A DNA stretch of 63,741 nt, filler included, from Intoshia linei (GCA_001642005.1; 7 parts of 7 records of this genome joined end to end with filler, not necessarily neighbours in it); one strand, 5' to 3'; shown: positions 13,456 to 28,900, numbered from the whole stretch's first letter. A program made the numbers and translations. The notes: generated by a model from the letters alone, not told the origin.

Positions 13456-14209
13456 GTTCGTACAATACAAATTGATTAATTTTAAATGATTCGCAGAAAT
13501 TTTATAAATGTATACATATTATTTGTTTTCTCAGTAGTTATGACTTACTACAGGTAAACTGACCACCATTATTAATCTGGTTCAATTGACATGTAAAAAT
13601 TTTTGTTTATTAAAGTTACAAATTGTATACATATAATAAACTAATATATATTATTTGTCACATAAGATTCACGTACATTTAAATTGTAACGTTAAATTTA
13701 AATTATATATTTATTGTTCAAAAACCACTCATGTGTAGTAGTAATTAACAAACACGAAAATAGCTGTGGATATAAGAGTCGTTACAATTAACGGCGTAAT
13801 CACTAATAACGAATATCCCAATTTAATTCAATTGTAACTATGCAATTATTAATAACATATATAATATGTAGATTTAACACAATTAATAGTTATATAATTA
13901 AAAATTATTCAATGAAATATAAAAATAATATATTATGTTTTTGTAGTAATATAAAAAATATAAATTTTATTTTTATCGGTGATAACATTTTTTTAATTAA
14001 TTGTTATATTTGCATTTGTTAATTAAAGTGATTCATTAGTTTGATAGAATTCATCGTCAGTTAGGCTATAATGGGTATTATAATAAACCTAAGTCTAAAT
14101 AAATTTTTTATATACACTATTACATTGTTAAATTATATATTACAAAAAGTATATAAACCGATAAAAATGTATATTTAATACAATATATCTAATAACATTT
14201 TTATACAAA

Positions 14210-17200
14210 TTATAAATTTGAGTGATGTGATAAACACTTGATAATACTTTTAAGACCAAATATATATCCGGCATCAGGCTAAATTAAATGTGTATTGATA
14301 CAATAAAAACTGGACTACATGATGATAAAAATTATAATCTTTATTAACAATGTAAGTTACATTATAAGTTATAATTTATAACTTACATTGTTTGACATTT
14401 TTAAATTGATAAATTATTATAATTGTATATTAGGGTGTCCCACTAATTAAAAGATTGAAAAGTATATTTCAGTATCGTAATTATTGGTGATTCTAAGAGA
14501 GTATCTCGAATATTAGCGCACAATTTTGTAATTTAACTAGGTAACAAAGAATCCTTTTTTTAAGAAAATTTTTTTAATTTTTTAACATTAATATTTTTGT
14601 TCGTAGATATTTTATTTTACCTTGTAGACCCATCTGTTTCTTAATTTTTTCAAAAATTTTTTTACTGATTATTATACAAACTATTATTACCATAATTAGA
14701 CAAAGTTTATAACAATCAAAATTATTGAAATTAAAAAGTAAAAATTTACTTCATAGTATTTAACTTTATCTAAAAAATGTATGTTGGTGGAATGTTCAAA
14801 GTCGATTATTTTTGCATCAAGTTGTAAAAATTTTTGTCCAGATTCAAGATCAAATATATAATATTTATAAATGAAAAGAGAGGAAGAGTATAGTCGCATC
14901 GTGGGATCTTCTTTTAGGTGTGTAATAATTTTATAAAGTTTAGATATGAGTATTTTCAATTGACTTTTTACAATATTCGTATATGGAATTTCTCCAAAAA
15001 AATTGGATAAAAAATATTCTGTTTCATATATGGTAAATTTTCGGCAGAGGTATTTATCGGTATGCACATAATTTTTATTTATATCGTATTTCTAGTTTAT
15101 AATATATCATATTAGTTATAATTACAATGAATACTTTACATTTTTACCAATTCATTATTTTTATCATATATGATATAATATACTGTTTTCAAACGCAGAT
15201 ATCCCATTTAATTAAAATAATAATATGCAACCTCAGCAAAAATTCAAGTAATGTTAGATTGTTCTAATAATTATTATAAAATTATTATTATTACTATTAT
15301 AATAGTAACAGTATAATATTATTCATATCATAAAAATATTTTATATATACTTTTTCACGAACTTTCGAAAATAGCTCATATATTATATAAAATATAATAC
15401 ATTTATAATGTAGTAATTACAATGCAATAAATATAAATTATTAAATAAATGTATATTAGGGTGTTTCACTGTATCAAACTATGTAAAAATGTAGGTTCAA
15501 TTCGTTTTAATTTTATATAAAAACTAGATTGGCTGTTTTGTACTACGTAAAAACAGCACCTAATTCTGCCGAGGGCATATTTTTATTCTACCAAAAAAAT
15601 TAATTCACGTTGAAAATCTAACTTAAAAATCCTACTATTTACTATTATCAATCCTTTAAAGCAGTGCCCACCAAAATACGGTCCGCAATTGAATTTTATC
15701 CGGCCCGCGAACTACAAATCTATTACAAAATACACCGGTAATATCCTACAAATTATCATATATCATCAACTTAGAGTTTAAATATATACTATCGACTTTT
15801 TATTTCTAAATCTTGAGAAACTTATTAATTCATTAACTTAAATGTTAAATCGTAATTTAAAATACCGTCATGTATGTTTCCATCTGGACCCGTCGATTTT
15901 TTTGTGTTTATTCCGACCTCCATATCAAGACGTTTCGTGGCCACAGCTTTAAAGGACTGGTACCCAAACTTGTTTCAGGTGAAACCGTCATAACACATTA
16001 ATTAATTTTTACTTTAAAGTGAATTATTCTATCTTAATTTTGCTTTGTTAACATTTGTTTATAGAATTTTAAAAACAATTGCTATCCCATTTTTTTAATT
16101 TATTAACAAAGATGAATGTGACAAAGATGATGATGAATCTTTCCAATATAGCATGTATGCGTCCATATAATGCTTCCAACTGTTAATTAATTATAAATAA
16201 CAATTTTAAATTAAAAAAAAATTTAATATAATAAATTGAAAAAAAATACTTAAATCAATAAAAATTCATTAAACTTAGTTACGATGAGCGCTAAATTGTT
16301 TAAAACTTTTAAGCCATTGCCCGAACCTTTTTTTAAAAATCTATGAAGTGTCATTGGGTGCAAATTGAAGATATCAAAATTGCTCATTGGATGGTGGGTG
16401 TACTTTTGATATAAAAATTTGGTCACACCCGTAACTGGTATACTATAAATTGTGGTACAGAATTCAAATTCATGTAATTCTTCGTTGTAAAATTTTTTTT
16501 TTGTTTTCTATCAAGTGTTCTGGATGACAACTTGATAACTTGTGACCTGAAGTTGTTACTAATAAAAAATTTTTTCTAATTTTGAAACACCCTAATGTAA
16601 ATATAAAAAAACATAATTAAAAAAATTTACAATACATCCACATATTCTATACCCGAGTGCGAAGGAGGATGACATTTTACATTTTCTAATCATATTTATT
16701 CGTTTTTCTTCTGAACAATCGTCTCCATGTTGTCGTTTACCCATTTTTATATCCAAATATGAAACACAATATAAATTATGTAGCAAGTTTTCAATAATTA
16801 TGTAAACTAGAGTGAATATTTCAGATAAATTTAAAATCTATATTTTAACAAATAAAAAATAGTTGGTTATGAAAGTGTAAAGTTAAATAATCGATAAATT
16901 ATGCAAAATACAATATAATAAAATAATATTTCAAACATTGTCTAAATTTCTAAAATAACGCATATATTAGACTTATTCGTTTAAACAGAAATTTAAAATC
17001 GTCAAAATTCCATTACCACTAAATATTCGCACTAAAGTTGATAATTGGGAAATATATTATTAGAAACAATCACATTGAAGCAATCTTCTTTTAATTTGAA
17101 GACTTTTTTGATGTTATATTTTTATTTATAGTATATTTTTACTTTTATTATTTTTTAAAAATATTCTATAAATAGCGAATTTAATAATTTTAACTAATTA

Positions 17201-18927
17201 TATTTTAAGTTAATTATAATAATTCAAATGGCAGAGATAACTATTTACTTTTCCTAAAAAAATTATTCCTTGAGCCTTCCCATTATTTTTAAGATATAAT
17301 TTTTTCATAGTTGGTGTGATTATTTAGGATTATTTTGAGACAAACCTGACGCGATTTTATCAATTTTTATCTTAAATCTGTTAACCAACCAGTAAAATGT
17401 CTCACTATTTTCTGGATTATATAGGTGCATGGGTGTAATATTCTATATACATAGTTAAATCATGAATGATCGTATAAATATTGAAAATTGATTTACATTT
17501 ACTCCCCGCTTCTGTTGGAATATAATTTAATAATTCAGTCAATGTCCAATTTCTTTTATTTTGTTCATAATTAACTGAAAAATTATCTCCAATATTGAAA
17601 TTTTCATCAATTACCTTTGCTAAACATAAAATGGTACATTTAAAATATTGTTTTAATATAACTACGATCTTTTTGAATTATCCAAAATTGATATAAATAT
17701 TCTTTTGATTTAACACATTTTGTTTGTAAAATTCCTTGAAAAAATTATAAATGAGTTATCAATTAATAACATTAATAAAATAAATTCGCGTATAATTCAT
17801 AATTATTATTAAATTGTATTACCCACCACCGTTTACTTAATTTATTAATTAACTTTATTTAAAAATTCATAATAATTTTTTTATATAAACGAATAATCCC
17901 AACAATCAATGATATTATATAAATGCTTTAATTTTTTAAAAAAATTTATTCATCGGATATTTGATATTATTATTCAGTTCATATTCGTCATTATAATATT
18001 TATATTTTTATACATTTATTATACATTTTTATTTTTGTATTTCATTCTAAACTTTTAAAATTTGAATGATTATTGAAAATGAGAAATAGTGTAGTTATGA
18101 TGCATTACTTTTCAGAATGTATTTTAAAATATATTATATTTTATTTTTATATGTCATAATATCTTAATAGAACCTTAATATTAAATTTTCTATAATAATG
18201 TTGTAATATCCTGAAAATATACGAATCAAACTAATAAAAAACGTAAAAAGAAATATGGTAGCATATAATTTGAATGTATCGTTTTTTTAAATTATGACAG
18301 AAAATGGCTCATATAATAAAATTACCAAATTTAGTACAGCGTTCTTTTTTCTACTCCTATAGCGGCAACCCCCCTAGGTGGGAGTTACCACTCACGTTAA
18401 GACTCACTGATTTAATTTAATTAAAACGATTAAATTATATTATTATTATTACATTAAAAAGTATTATAGTATAATTTATCGTTATTATGTAGATAATTGG
18501 TACACTAATTTTACATAGTCTAATTTATTAAATGATTTAATCTATTATTATATAAAAACTAATATATTGTAAATAAATTCATTTTTATAATTAACAATTA
18601 TTTTGTCGGAAGACATAATGATGTCTGTTAAATCAAGATAATAGTATATATTTTCTACTTTAGATATTATTTTAAAAATTAAATATTATATTTAATTAAT
18701 ATACCTATGAACTGGCATATATAATTTTTTAATTCTGGGTGGATATAGATATAGAATAACAACTCTCTTTTATTAAAAAATTTGCAGATATATTTACTAT
18801 CTAAAACAATTATTTTTCTGTGACCACCTGCCGTAAGTAAGTATTGTTCCACGTAAATTGGTTGAGATTCTTTGGATTCGGTTGTATTGAGTTTATAATT
18901 ATAAAATTTTCTGTTTTTAAGTGCCAT
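14210..18927 (-). CDS. IP6K: Inositol hexakisphosphate kinase (IP6K family), multi-exon
   Basis: N-terminal exon AGGHRKI..YICKFFNKRELLFY (IP6K VGGH..VCKPL..RE..FY); exon ~16806-16630 ENLL..LDIKMGKRQHGDD..EK..RKC..SS..LGYRICG; exon ~15090-14750 DKY...YSSSLF...IIDFEH; last exon PDAGYIFGLKS..stop 14210. Middle exons not fully resolved. Confidence 0.85.
15523..16010 (-). mobile_element. Helitron-like family A, 3' portion, interrupted by a hAT MITE
   Basis: Reverse complement of the GCCCTCGGCAGA...CTAG 3' end at 15523-15575; sequence resumes after 15954 and matches 41790-41900. Confidence 0.6.
15662..15946. mobile_element. hAT-type MITE
   Basis: Imperfect TIRs CAGTGCCCAC / GTGGCCACAG with perfect 8-bp TSD CTTTAAAG (15654-15661, 15947-15954). 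Confidence 0.75.
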
Positions 18928-19917
18928 TTTATGACATTTAATAATATCTAAATTCAAGTAAACGTTTAAGATTTTATGTCAAAATCTATAGTGATACTTT
19001 AATTTACTTTGTTTGCTATATTTACAAAATATTGTCCAAGTTTTTTCTGTTTGAATTTATTTGGTAAATCAACTAACCTGACTTTTGCTAATAAATTACT
19101 CAATATAAATACATTGAAACGATAAAAACTAATTATATCATTGTTGTTTTGGGTTAATTTATTTTGACATTAAAATAATATTATATTTGGGAGTAATATT
19201 TTCATTATTAAATGAATTATATAATTACAATAATTAGAGATTTTAAACAGACTTAGAAACTTATAGTAAGTATCTTATAAATATAAAAGTGACGTTATAA
19301 TTTTTTCAATCTATTGTATAATTAGCTTTTTTGAATCATATTTAGATTTGATTATATTTATTATGAATTAATACAAATTTGTTTACCGGTGTTGATTGAT
19401 TGAATTTTGCCTGTTTATAATTAATCGGAAACATTCATTAAATATAAATAATAGTAATTGAATATCCATATAAAATGTATAATATTGTAAGTTATAAAAT
19501 TTTCAAACAATTGTTCAATGTTGAATTTTTTGATTAATGTATTTTTAACAAAAATAAAAATAATAAATATTTTTTTCATGAAATGTGTATATAAGTTTTC
19601 CAAATTAAGATAATCATAGCTCTAGATTACCGACTCTAGGATAATAGTCAATAAACATTAATTTACCGAATTAAAATAGAAAGGGAAGGAAAGTGAAACA
19701 TTGTCTGATTGTCAAACTAGAAATAATAGAATTAAATATTAAATACATGTATTTGTAAATTTGGTGTACATTTTTCCTATTTTCTATTAAAAATATTTTT
19801 CAAAGAATTGTCCTAATCGATGAACTTGTTTAAAATTTATAAAATTGAATTCCGATAACAAACTAAAACTAAATGGAAATAAATGCATGAATTGAAATGT
19901 ATTTATTGTTTAATTAT

Positions 19918-22900
19918 TCATATCATGTTAGGTTCGGCATACATTGGTAAAACAAATTTTCGATTTCGTATAAATTTTAACAATTTATTGTTAATATTTA
20001 TATCCATCTTTTTTTCAATAAATATTTTTTCGTATTTTGATTTCAGAAAATCACTAATCTAAAAATTTAAACGAAATAACTAAAAAGTAAATTAATATTC
20101 AAAATTACTTGTCTGTCATCGTGAGTATACTCCATAATTTCTTCTACAAAATTTTCATTGTGATTATTAAATTTATAATTTAACGTATATTCTCTGATTT
20201 CTTGTAGAAAATATTTAAATTGATAGTGATAAATTGCTGTTGCCCATGAATCAGAGAAAAATCTAAATTTTTAAATGTTTATTATTATCATATTTCATTA
20301 TACTCGTAAAAATCTGTTATTAATCCTTCTTTAAACCTTGAAATCAAATTATTAAATAAAATTTGATGATGATTAAACATGACAATTATATTATTTTTCG
20401 GTATAGTCTAAATTTAAATTGTTTATTTTTATATTTTAATTACTTTATGTGATATGCAGACAATTTCTGAAATAGTATTATATTCATCAATTGTTAATTT
20501 CATAAAATTAACGTTTTCAACTTCTTTTAAAGACCCAGTTATATAATAAGTATTCTAAATTCAACATAAAATAATAATATCAATAACAATACACATTATA
20601 TTATAATGATTACAATAATTTATTGCATCATATTTTAATATAAAATGTATATCTATTCAAATTAACGTAATTACTTTATCTTTTAATCCGATTTTTTTTA
20701 ATTTTGATTCGTATGGTTTTTTTATATGAAAGTAATTTATTTTATTCACAAGTTCAGCAGAATGTATGACGGGATCAACAAAATCATTTAGTACGCAATC
20801 TTTATGTTCATTCTGATAGCCACAGTACGTATTTATATCATTTAAATTAAATACTATAGGATCCAAAAGTGTCAGAATTACAAATGATAACTAGAATATT
20901 TATAATAAAATAAACAATACAATCATTATAATTACTATCATTATATTACAAATAATTTCATTAAATGTTTACCCATTTTAGCGCAGTATTATAATTATAA
21001 TTACTAAAGTGATCCTTTAATATACAGGACACCCCTTTATTTGCATTATAATATAATTACAGTAGAGCCTTAAATATGTACCTATTTCGTTATTCACTCA
21101 AAAAACTTTATTTTGTATGACTTTTATATAAAACCTCCGTTATTGCTCAGTAACCATTAGTCGCAAAAAATGTTTAATACCTTGGCCCTCTTGTTAGTAA
21201 ACTATACATTATATATATCATATAATATCTAAATTTATTGAAAAAATTAGTAATTGGCGAACAATATAATTAGATGTGTTGAGCTCGCTGACCTCATCTC
21301 AGAATGAATAGTTTGATATTTTCAACATGAATTTATTTTTTTGGTAGAATAAAAATGCACCCTCGGCGGAGCTAGGTGATGTTTGTACGTAGTAATTAAC
21401 AGTCAACCTAGTTATTATATATATGGTGAAGCTCATATTTTGAATGACGATTGTATTTACAAAAAAATGTTTTATTGCATGTACCTTGTAAAAAATTTGC
21501 ATTTATTCGTTATTATCATGTTTAACTGTTTATTACTTTACTACATTTTACATTTTACACATTCTTACACTTTACTAGTGTATATACTTTTTTTAATTAC
21601 AAATGTTTCACATAAATGATGATATAAATGATAGAAACTTACTTTAAGTGCAATTTCGTTAGAGTTAAAGTTTTCATGCAAAAAAAAATCTGAATAATAT
21701 AATCTCTTATATTTTGTTAAAGGTCCAGCAGCATAAATAAAATTATCATCCGTTTTAAATGTTCTATCGATAACTAATCGCCCGTCAAACACCAAGCAAG
21801 CATCATTTAAAGCTATATTTACATTTTTATAATTAAAATATTAAAATAAAGAAACCTTTAAAAATATTTGAATTTATGTGCTTTTCTTCAAAAGAAATAT
21901 AAATCTAAATATTGAAAAATGTTAAAAAGTTTGAAATATAAATTACATCACAATCAATAAAACTTTTATTTAATTCTCCCCATCTTATTTCTTTTATATT
22001 TCCTATTTTGTCTAATTCAAAACTTATATTGTCGTTTTTAATGCAATATTGCTTTATTTCCAAATGATCAAACAATAATCTAGTAAATTGTCGTAATTCA
22101 ATATTATTTTCATTGTTTATCTAAGTGTTTTGTTAAAATTATTAATTTACTGTAATTATACCACTGTGTCCGGATAGATATTGTAAATATTAATTAAATC
22201 AATTCCCCATTTATTTAGCATTTTGATACATGTATAGACGTCAATTTCATTTCCATATATCACAACATTTACTAAATTACTCAAATAATTTTATTATAAT
22301 AAATACAAAATAAACTGTTACAGTAATTGTAAATTTTACCTAAAATAATAATATTAAATTTAAAATTAAAGCCCCATTTTTTTTTAAATGTAAAAATAAT
22401 ACGTTCATTTTTGAGATTCTACTAAACTACTGTTACCTCTGAGGTGTATTTTGTTTAACGTGACGACTAGAAAACGGTTAGTTGGAATCTCAACCACATA
22501 AATACATAACGAGTAATTAGGTTTTTATGAAATATAAATATGAATATGTCAAGTCGATTGGTTAAAGATCAATGAAAAATGTACAGAATATATAAATATC
22601 CTAGTGATATATGTAGGGTGGGCAAACAATACAAAATTATCGACAAATTATTACTTGATACTAAAGACGTTTATTTATTTTTAGTTTAAATACATAGATC
22701 TATTTTCTTTTTACAGATAATATATTCTGAACTAAGAATTGGAACCGGGTCGTTTCGACTCCCTTAATTCCCACTCATTGTGAACCAATGCGATATAAAT
22801 TAAAAACATTGTATACAAACAAAATGTGTAAAAATAAAATATTGACATTGAATTACATTTCTTTCTTGCTATATTTTGTGTCACATACATCCTTAAGATG

Positions 22901-25900
22901 GATTCTTCAAAACTATCATTAACCAAAAATGCATTCCGAACATTATTTAAATTGATTGTACCCAATGATTCATTTTCTGAGAATACGTATTGTTGACCAG
23001 TTGTTAAAATTAAATAATCATAATATACAATGCTTTTAATTTCATCATTTAAGACAGACACTGATTTATTTTTCCTAAAAGTTTTCATTAAATGTTGACC
23101 TGTATTGACTAGTACATTACATTTTAACGGTTTTTTCATTACCGGTAAATGACCTGTGATCAAATTTGTTTAATCAAGGGTTAAATTTTTCTAGAAATAT
23201 GGTTCAAAACTTTAATAATTAGTAAAAACAATAAGACTAACAATTCGAAAAATAATTCATGCAATTTGTAATGTAACAATATAACACTGATCCAAAATGA
23301 AAAATTAACTGCAGATAAAATTATATATTAAAATTCCTTATTCTATATTTGTATATTATATTAAATTCACATATAAAATGATTAAAATGTAAATTTGCAT
23401 ATACATGTATCAACGAATCTTATTACTTGATTGTTTCAAAAAGTTAGTCACACAATAAGCGTTATGACATAACGAGTATGTCATATTTGTCATAAGTGAT
23501 AATATATATGATAAAATTATGATTTGATCCAGATCAAAAAAACTCAATTTTGTAGACTAGTGTAATTAACAATGTCTTGTTTCGTCGAAATGATAAACGT
23601 TTTAAGTCATGAGTTTTCACTGTTGATATTTATAAAAAATAAATAAATGAACCTGTCGTAAACAAATAATATAAATATGGGTTTAATCGAGTCAATGTAA
23701 AATGATTACAATTTTATGAAATATAATTTAGATATTATATTTTCGTTCTTTTATATAGGTTGATAAAAAATCTTATTATATTACAGATTTTATTTACCAT
23801 GACGTCCTCATTAAATATATAATTATTAATTATGTATTATGATATTAAGGTGTCTTAATAATGGTTTGAGTAAACCTTTTTTTGTACCACCAACGTAACA
23901 ATTATTTTCACATTTAACCTGCCTAGCAAATTAAATGTCTTACGTCTCTGATCTAGAATCATGTGTTAATAAATTTATTGATATACAGTTAAGATTAACA
24001 CTTTTAAAGCTTTCCTCGAACAGTCATAGCTGAAATACTCATCTTGCGGAAATTATCATATATAACATGTTATTAATTACCTATTAATGGAAACTATGCT
24101 ACCTAAAACAAAATTCACAGCAGAGTGTATTAATGAATACATTGAATGATCTGACGAATGTTCATCTCTAAATTACATTGACACGTTTTACTTTAAAAAT
24201 GAATAAATTACTTTGTTACAAGTGTTTCTGTATTATTAGTAATAGGATGAATTGATATAAGAGTTAAATTATGAAATCTGATGTGATGTCTAAAGAAAAA
24301 ATTATACTGATTGGGTTAATAAATAATAATAATAAATAATATTCAATTCATTAATAATATTATTATATTAAATTTAATGATTACTGGTAAACAAAATTTT
24401 GCAATAATTTTAATCCAGTGTTTGATGCACCAACAACTACAATTTTGAGATTAACCAACATCTATAAAAAATTTGATTATGTTTTAGTACAAATATTGGT
24501 CACGTCAAACAAATCAATATTAAAAAAAATTTAATTAAAAGCAAATTGAATTTTTATACCAATGTTAATGTTTATTTAAATTTCAAAATTTTGTGATATA
24601 CTACATAAAATAGTATATTTAAATGTGATGCATAATAAAAAAACAACCTAAAACTGAGTTTTAACATTGTTTGATATATATAATATATTATTTATATTAT
24701 ATACAATATAAATATTAACACGTGTCCTTATTAAAACTAATAAAAGTAATCATATGGTAAACTTGAATTTTTCATTGCGATCAAGACGGTGTGATTGAAA
24801 TGTTTCAATTCTTACAATGACAACCAACTTTTTGTATTTTAAAAATTTTGAATTGAAAAACATTAAATTTATAAAAATATATTATGGTGGCCACAAAGTT
24901 GCATCATGCTTAAAAGTGATTTCTCACTGTGACTTCTGACAGTGGACTCATTGTTCCCGTGGCCTACTTTTTGTTTACTCAAAAAAAGTTGTTTTTGGAC
25001 ACAGGTTAATACATATGTCAATGATATACATCAGTGATTCTCAATAGATGCATCAGCGTTCACTAATGCGCGCTCAGAAAATTCAAGTGCGCACTGAGAA
25101 ATTTAAAATAAATTTTAAACGATTTTAAATTTGAAATTAAGAGTTTCAAGCATTGCTAATATTAAACACAAACAAGAAATAGAAATTAATATGTTGAAGA
25201 CATGAAAATATCTTTGTTTCATATTCGACCTGAAATTATTAAAATTGCCAAAACTCCTCAAGCTATAATTTTCAAATATTCTATAATTATTTTAAAATAG
25301 TTTAAGTTTTAAATTTTATTATTAATTGTCGCTCACTCTAAGACAGTGGTTTCCAGCCGGTGGGTCGAGAGAATTTGAATATTTTTATAGTTTATAGATA
25401 ATAATAAAAATAATATTCATACACAAACATTTTTATTACAATTTTATTAAGAGTCGAAAATCTAAAAAAGTTGGAAACCACTGCTTTAAGATATTATTTC
25501 TGATTTCTGGCTAGAATATTTATTATTATAATACATTTAATATATTTAAATGGTACCCGCCCAAAATATTTAATTAATGCTAAATGTGTAAAAAAAGTTT
25601 AATAATCACTGATATATTTTATACATGTATAATATGTGTCAACCGGTAATAAAATAAAACAGTATATTATAGATTACTTTGGTGTCATAGATTTGTTTCA
25701 TAGCCAAATGATATAGAATGTGTTTATTATCATGTGGTTGCACTATTTCCTCTCGTGGGCAATTGATATTCAACTTTTTTATGTCATAATCTATTGTTTT
25801 TATTGACGGTACAATAATCATTTGATTTAAACAAGTGACGATTAACTATAACAATTATTTGAAGATACAGTAAACATATAAAAATTACATTAGTTAATTT

Positions 25901-28900
25901 GTAAAATATAATAACCCATTTATTGTGATGTTTCACATTTTGAAAAATTTTAAAGTTTAAAACAAATGTAGGTAAATTTAGTTTACATTCATGTAAAAAA
26001 TTAATAGATGAATGTTTTCATTTAAATTGTATTTTGAACGGCACAGCCTTCTTATTATTATTATTATACATTGTACAATACTGGTATTAAACATTACTAC
26101 ATATGAACATCAATTCTATAATAAAAAAACAATTTATATAAAAAATGGCGTTTTGTAATTTTGAAAAATATGAAAAGTGGACACCCTATTACGGATATAT
26201 TATTATTTATACATAATATATAATTATTTATAATATGTAACATGTAAATCAATTAGACAAATTAATATATTTTAATAGATTAAATGATTCAATAACCCCA
26301 CTAATTGAGTTACTTATTTTCATTATTAATATTTTTAGAGTTTATAATATAATAATTATTAACAAGTACATTTTCTTCGGTGTTATTCAACTTATGATAA
26401 AGACAAAAGGATTCTGATTCAATCATGACACACTAAATGGATTTATATTGAAATGTTTATTGCTTGGTGAGCAATACCTTCAAAAAATATTTAGAATAAA
26501 CGTTAAAAGCAGGATTCATAACAAAATTTTTCAAGTACATATGATCTTGATGTTTGTACTGTTCAGAATCTATAAATGTGTCTATTTCATAGTGGGATCG
26601 AATGTAATCTATATTCTAAATATATTTAAATATTAAATTAAAATGTGGATTCTGAAATTCACAAATTAAACAATGTAATAAGCTTATTACAATTCAATAC
26701 ATGAAACATAAAAAAAATTCTTACCAATTATTGTGTTTACAAGCCGCCACTGATTATATAACCACATTTCTTATACTATTTACTAACAGGTAGATATATT
26801 TTAATTTAGGTTTTACAGTATTCCTCATTTTTAGATTAAAAAAATAAACAAAGGTGTTATTTCATTTTATATTAATATAATCTTATAATCAGTACATACA
26901 TTAGATCAGTGTTACTTAAAGGTGCGTCATGATGCACTAGTACACCCAGCGAAAAAATAAAAACGAGATATACATCATTTCACATAGTCAGTTAAATCAG
27001 ACATTTTGTTTTTTGAACCAAAATAATTTTTTTTCTTAAATTTACAGCTATTCCTTGCAAAATCTTGAAATATAGTAAAAATTTTCAATAAGCACCCAAA
27101 AAATATAAAATGTTTACTCTTTTGTTATGCTTGTACGCTAAAATTTTTTAATTGCTTCTAAGATCTACTTAATGAAAAAAGGTTGACAAACACTACATTA
27201 GATAGGAACATGAATTAATTACATTACAGAATAAAAAATATTTGTGATCTTGCATTACAAAACATTTTTAATGGGGATTATTTTTTAAACATTTTAAAAA
27301 TACATGTTGATATTCCTGTTGAATCATGCATATTCCAACAATCTGTTTATTTACGGTGCAGATATAACATTTCATTTTCATACCATTCTAAAAATATTAA
27401 ACTTATTGTTATTCATTACATATTGATAAATATTCACAAAATTTATTATATATAATTATATTCTCAACGAAGGGTTTTAAAGGACTTTGTCAGTAATATT
27501 AAATTTTCCTTTTAAATTAACCGGAATTATTCTAATTGGAATTTTACGATTCTTCGAATAATCATTATATATTAGATTTATACATGTATAATTTATATTA
27601 AATTATGTAATTAAATTTCTTTTTTGGAATTACCTCATTAGATCTAGTTTTATAAAACATATTCAAATCTTTACAAATTTCTGATTTTTGTATTATTGTA
27701 TTAATAAAATATTCAATTCTATCACAATCCTTCTCTAGAGGTTCGCTGATATTTAATTCACTAAACATATTTTAATAAATTCAAAGCATACTGTTGACGG
27801 TTATATTGAGAACCACTGCATTAATGTATAAGAAAAGCCACCGAAATAATATGTACATTGTACATTATAATTTATAGTGAATATTATATATTATACATGT
27901 ATGTTATACATAATTAAAAGCTCTGACAATACAATCATATACATACATTACAATTAATATATACTATAATTATATTATAATAATTTCAACCCATAATTAT
28001 TAATGTATTTTACAATTATAATATTGTATTGATATATTAAAATTACACATTTAAGGAACATTTCGCTAGAATATATAGTTCGTGTGGATATACGCTTCTT
28101 TTTCTGGGTGTAATTCTCTAAATTTAACAATGTTAGAAATTATTATTTGCTTTAATTGAAACAAATAATAGAAAACCCTATTTAATTTTAAAAGATAATG
28201 ACTTAATTTTAAGTCTAGTTAATTTTTAATATCGTTACTTTTCAGGTATTTATTATATATTGTGCTGCTTTCCAGTTACTAAATAAATTATATTTCACTG
28301 GAACTACTCAATCCCGGCATAATAAAAATTTTGTATTTTAGAAAAATACATTGAAAATTGTAACAAAATATAATTTAGAATTCTTAATTGAATAATATAT
28401 GTCAACTTATTATTATACAAAATATTACATGGAAATGTTTTACATATACATACATGTATAAGTATATCCGGTTTCATCAAATTTTGGATTGGTGCTGGTG
28501 TAATATATTAAAATAAACGGGGTCCAAACCTGATTATTAATAGCATGTATTCGATATATTAATACGTATTAATACATTAAAGTATCATATAAAATACATT
28601 ATTATATTATACATGTATAATAATTATTACGACAAATCTTTCAAGCAGAGGAAAAAATGAAACTTTGTGAGGAACTCCAATGAAGCAATATTCATATTCA
28701 GGGTATAAATCAAAAACTCTATACATAAAGTCATGAGAACGACATTCATATACTTCATCAATGCAAAATAATTGTATAGCAACTAACTTTGCATTATTAC
28801 TAGTTGAGTTCCTTTCTGAATAACCCGATGAATCTGTAAGTTGGTTCAACGTATTTGAGGAAATTTGAGATATTATTGAATCATTTTTCATATCAATTTC
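19918..28900 (-). CDS. CFAP61: Cilia- and flagella-associated protein 61 (5' exons missing, probably in gap 29268-29367)
   Basis: Exons encode AIQLFCIDEVYECRSHDF, KIVVVGASNTG, YDYLILTTGQQY, LNDACLVFDGRLVIDRTFKTDDNFIYAAGPLTKY, DFYEFFSDSWATAIYH and C-terminal LPMYAEPNMI* (stop 19918), all matching recalled CFAP61 motifs. Confidence 0.88.
25032..25611 (+). mobile_element. hAT (Buster/Charlie-like) deletion derivative containing a nested MITE at 25344-25483
   Basis: TIRs CAGTGATT...AATCACTG, near-TSD ATATACAT/ATATATTT, degenerate Buster-type C-terminal transposase remnant at ~25140-25265. Inner element CAGTGGTTTCC...GGAAACCACTG with TSD CTCTAAGA/CTTTAAGA. Confidence 0.7.
26907..27195. mobile_element. 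hAT-type MITE
   Basis: CAGTGTT...AAACACTA ends with perfect TSD CATTAGAT. Confidence 0.7.

Noticed and set aside
16255-16590. Coding-like stretch inside an IP6K intron
   Set aside because: Frame is broken at a poly-A run and no motif was recognised.
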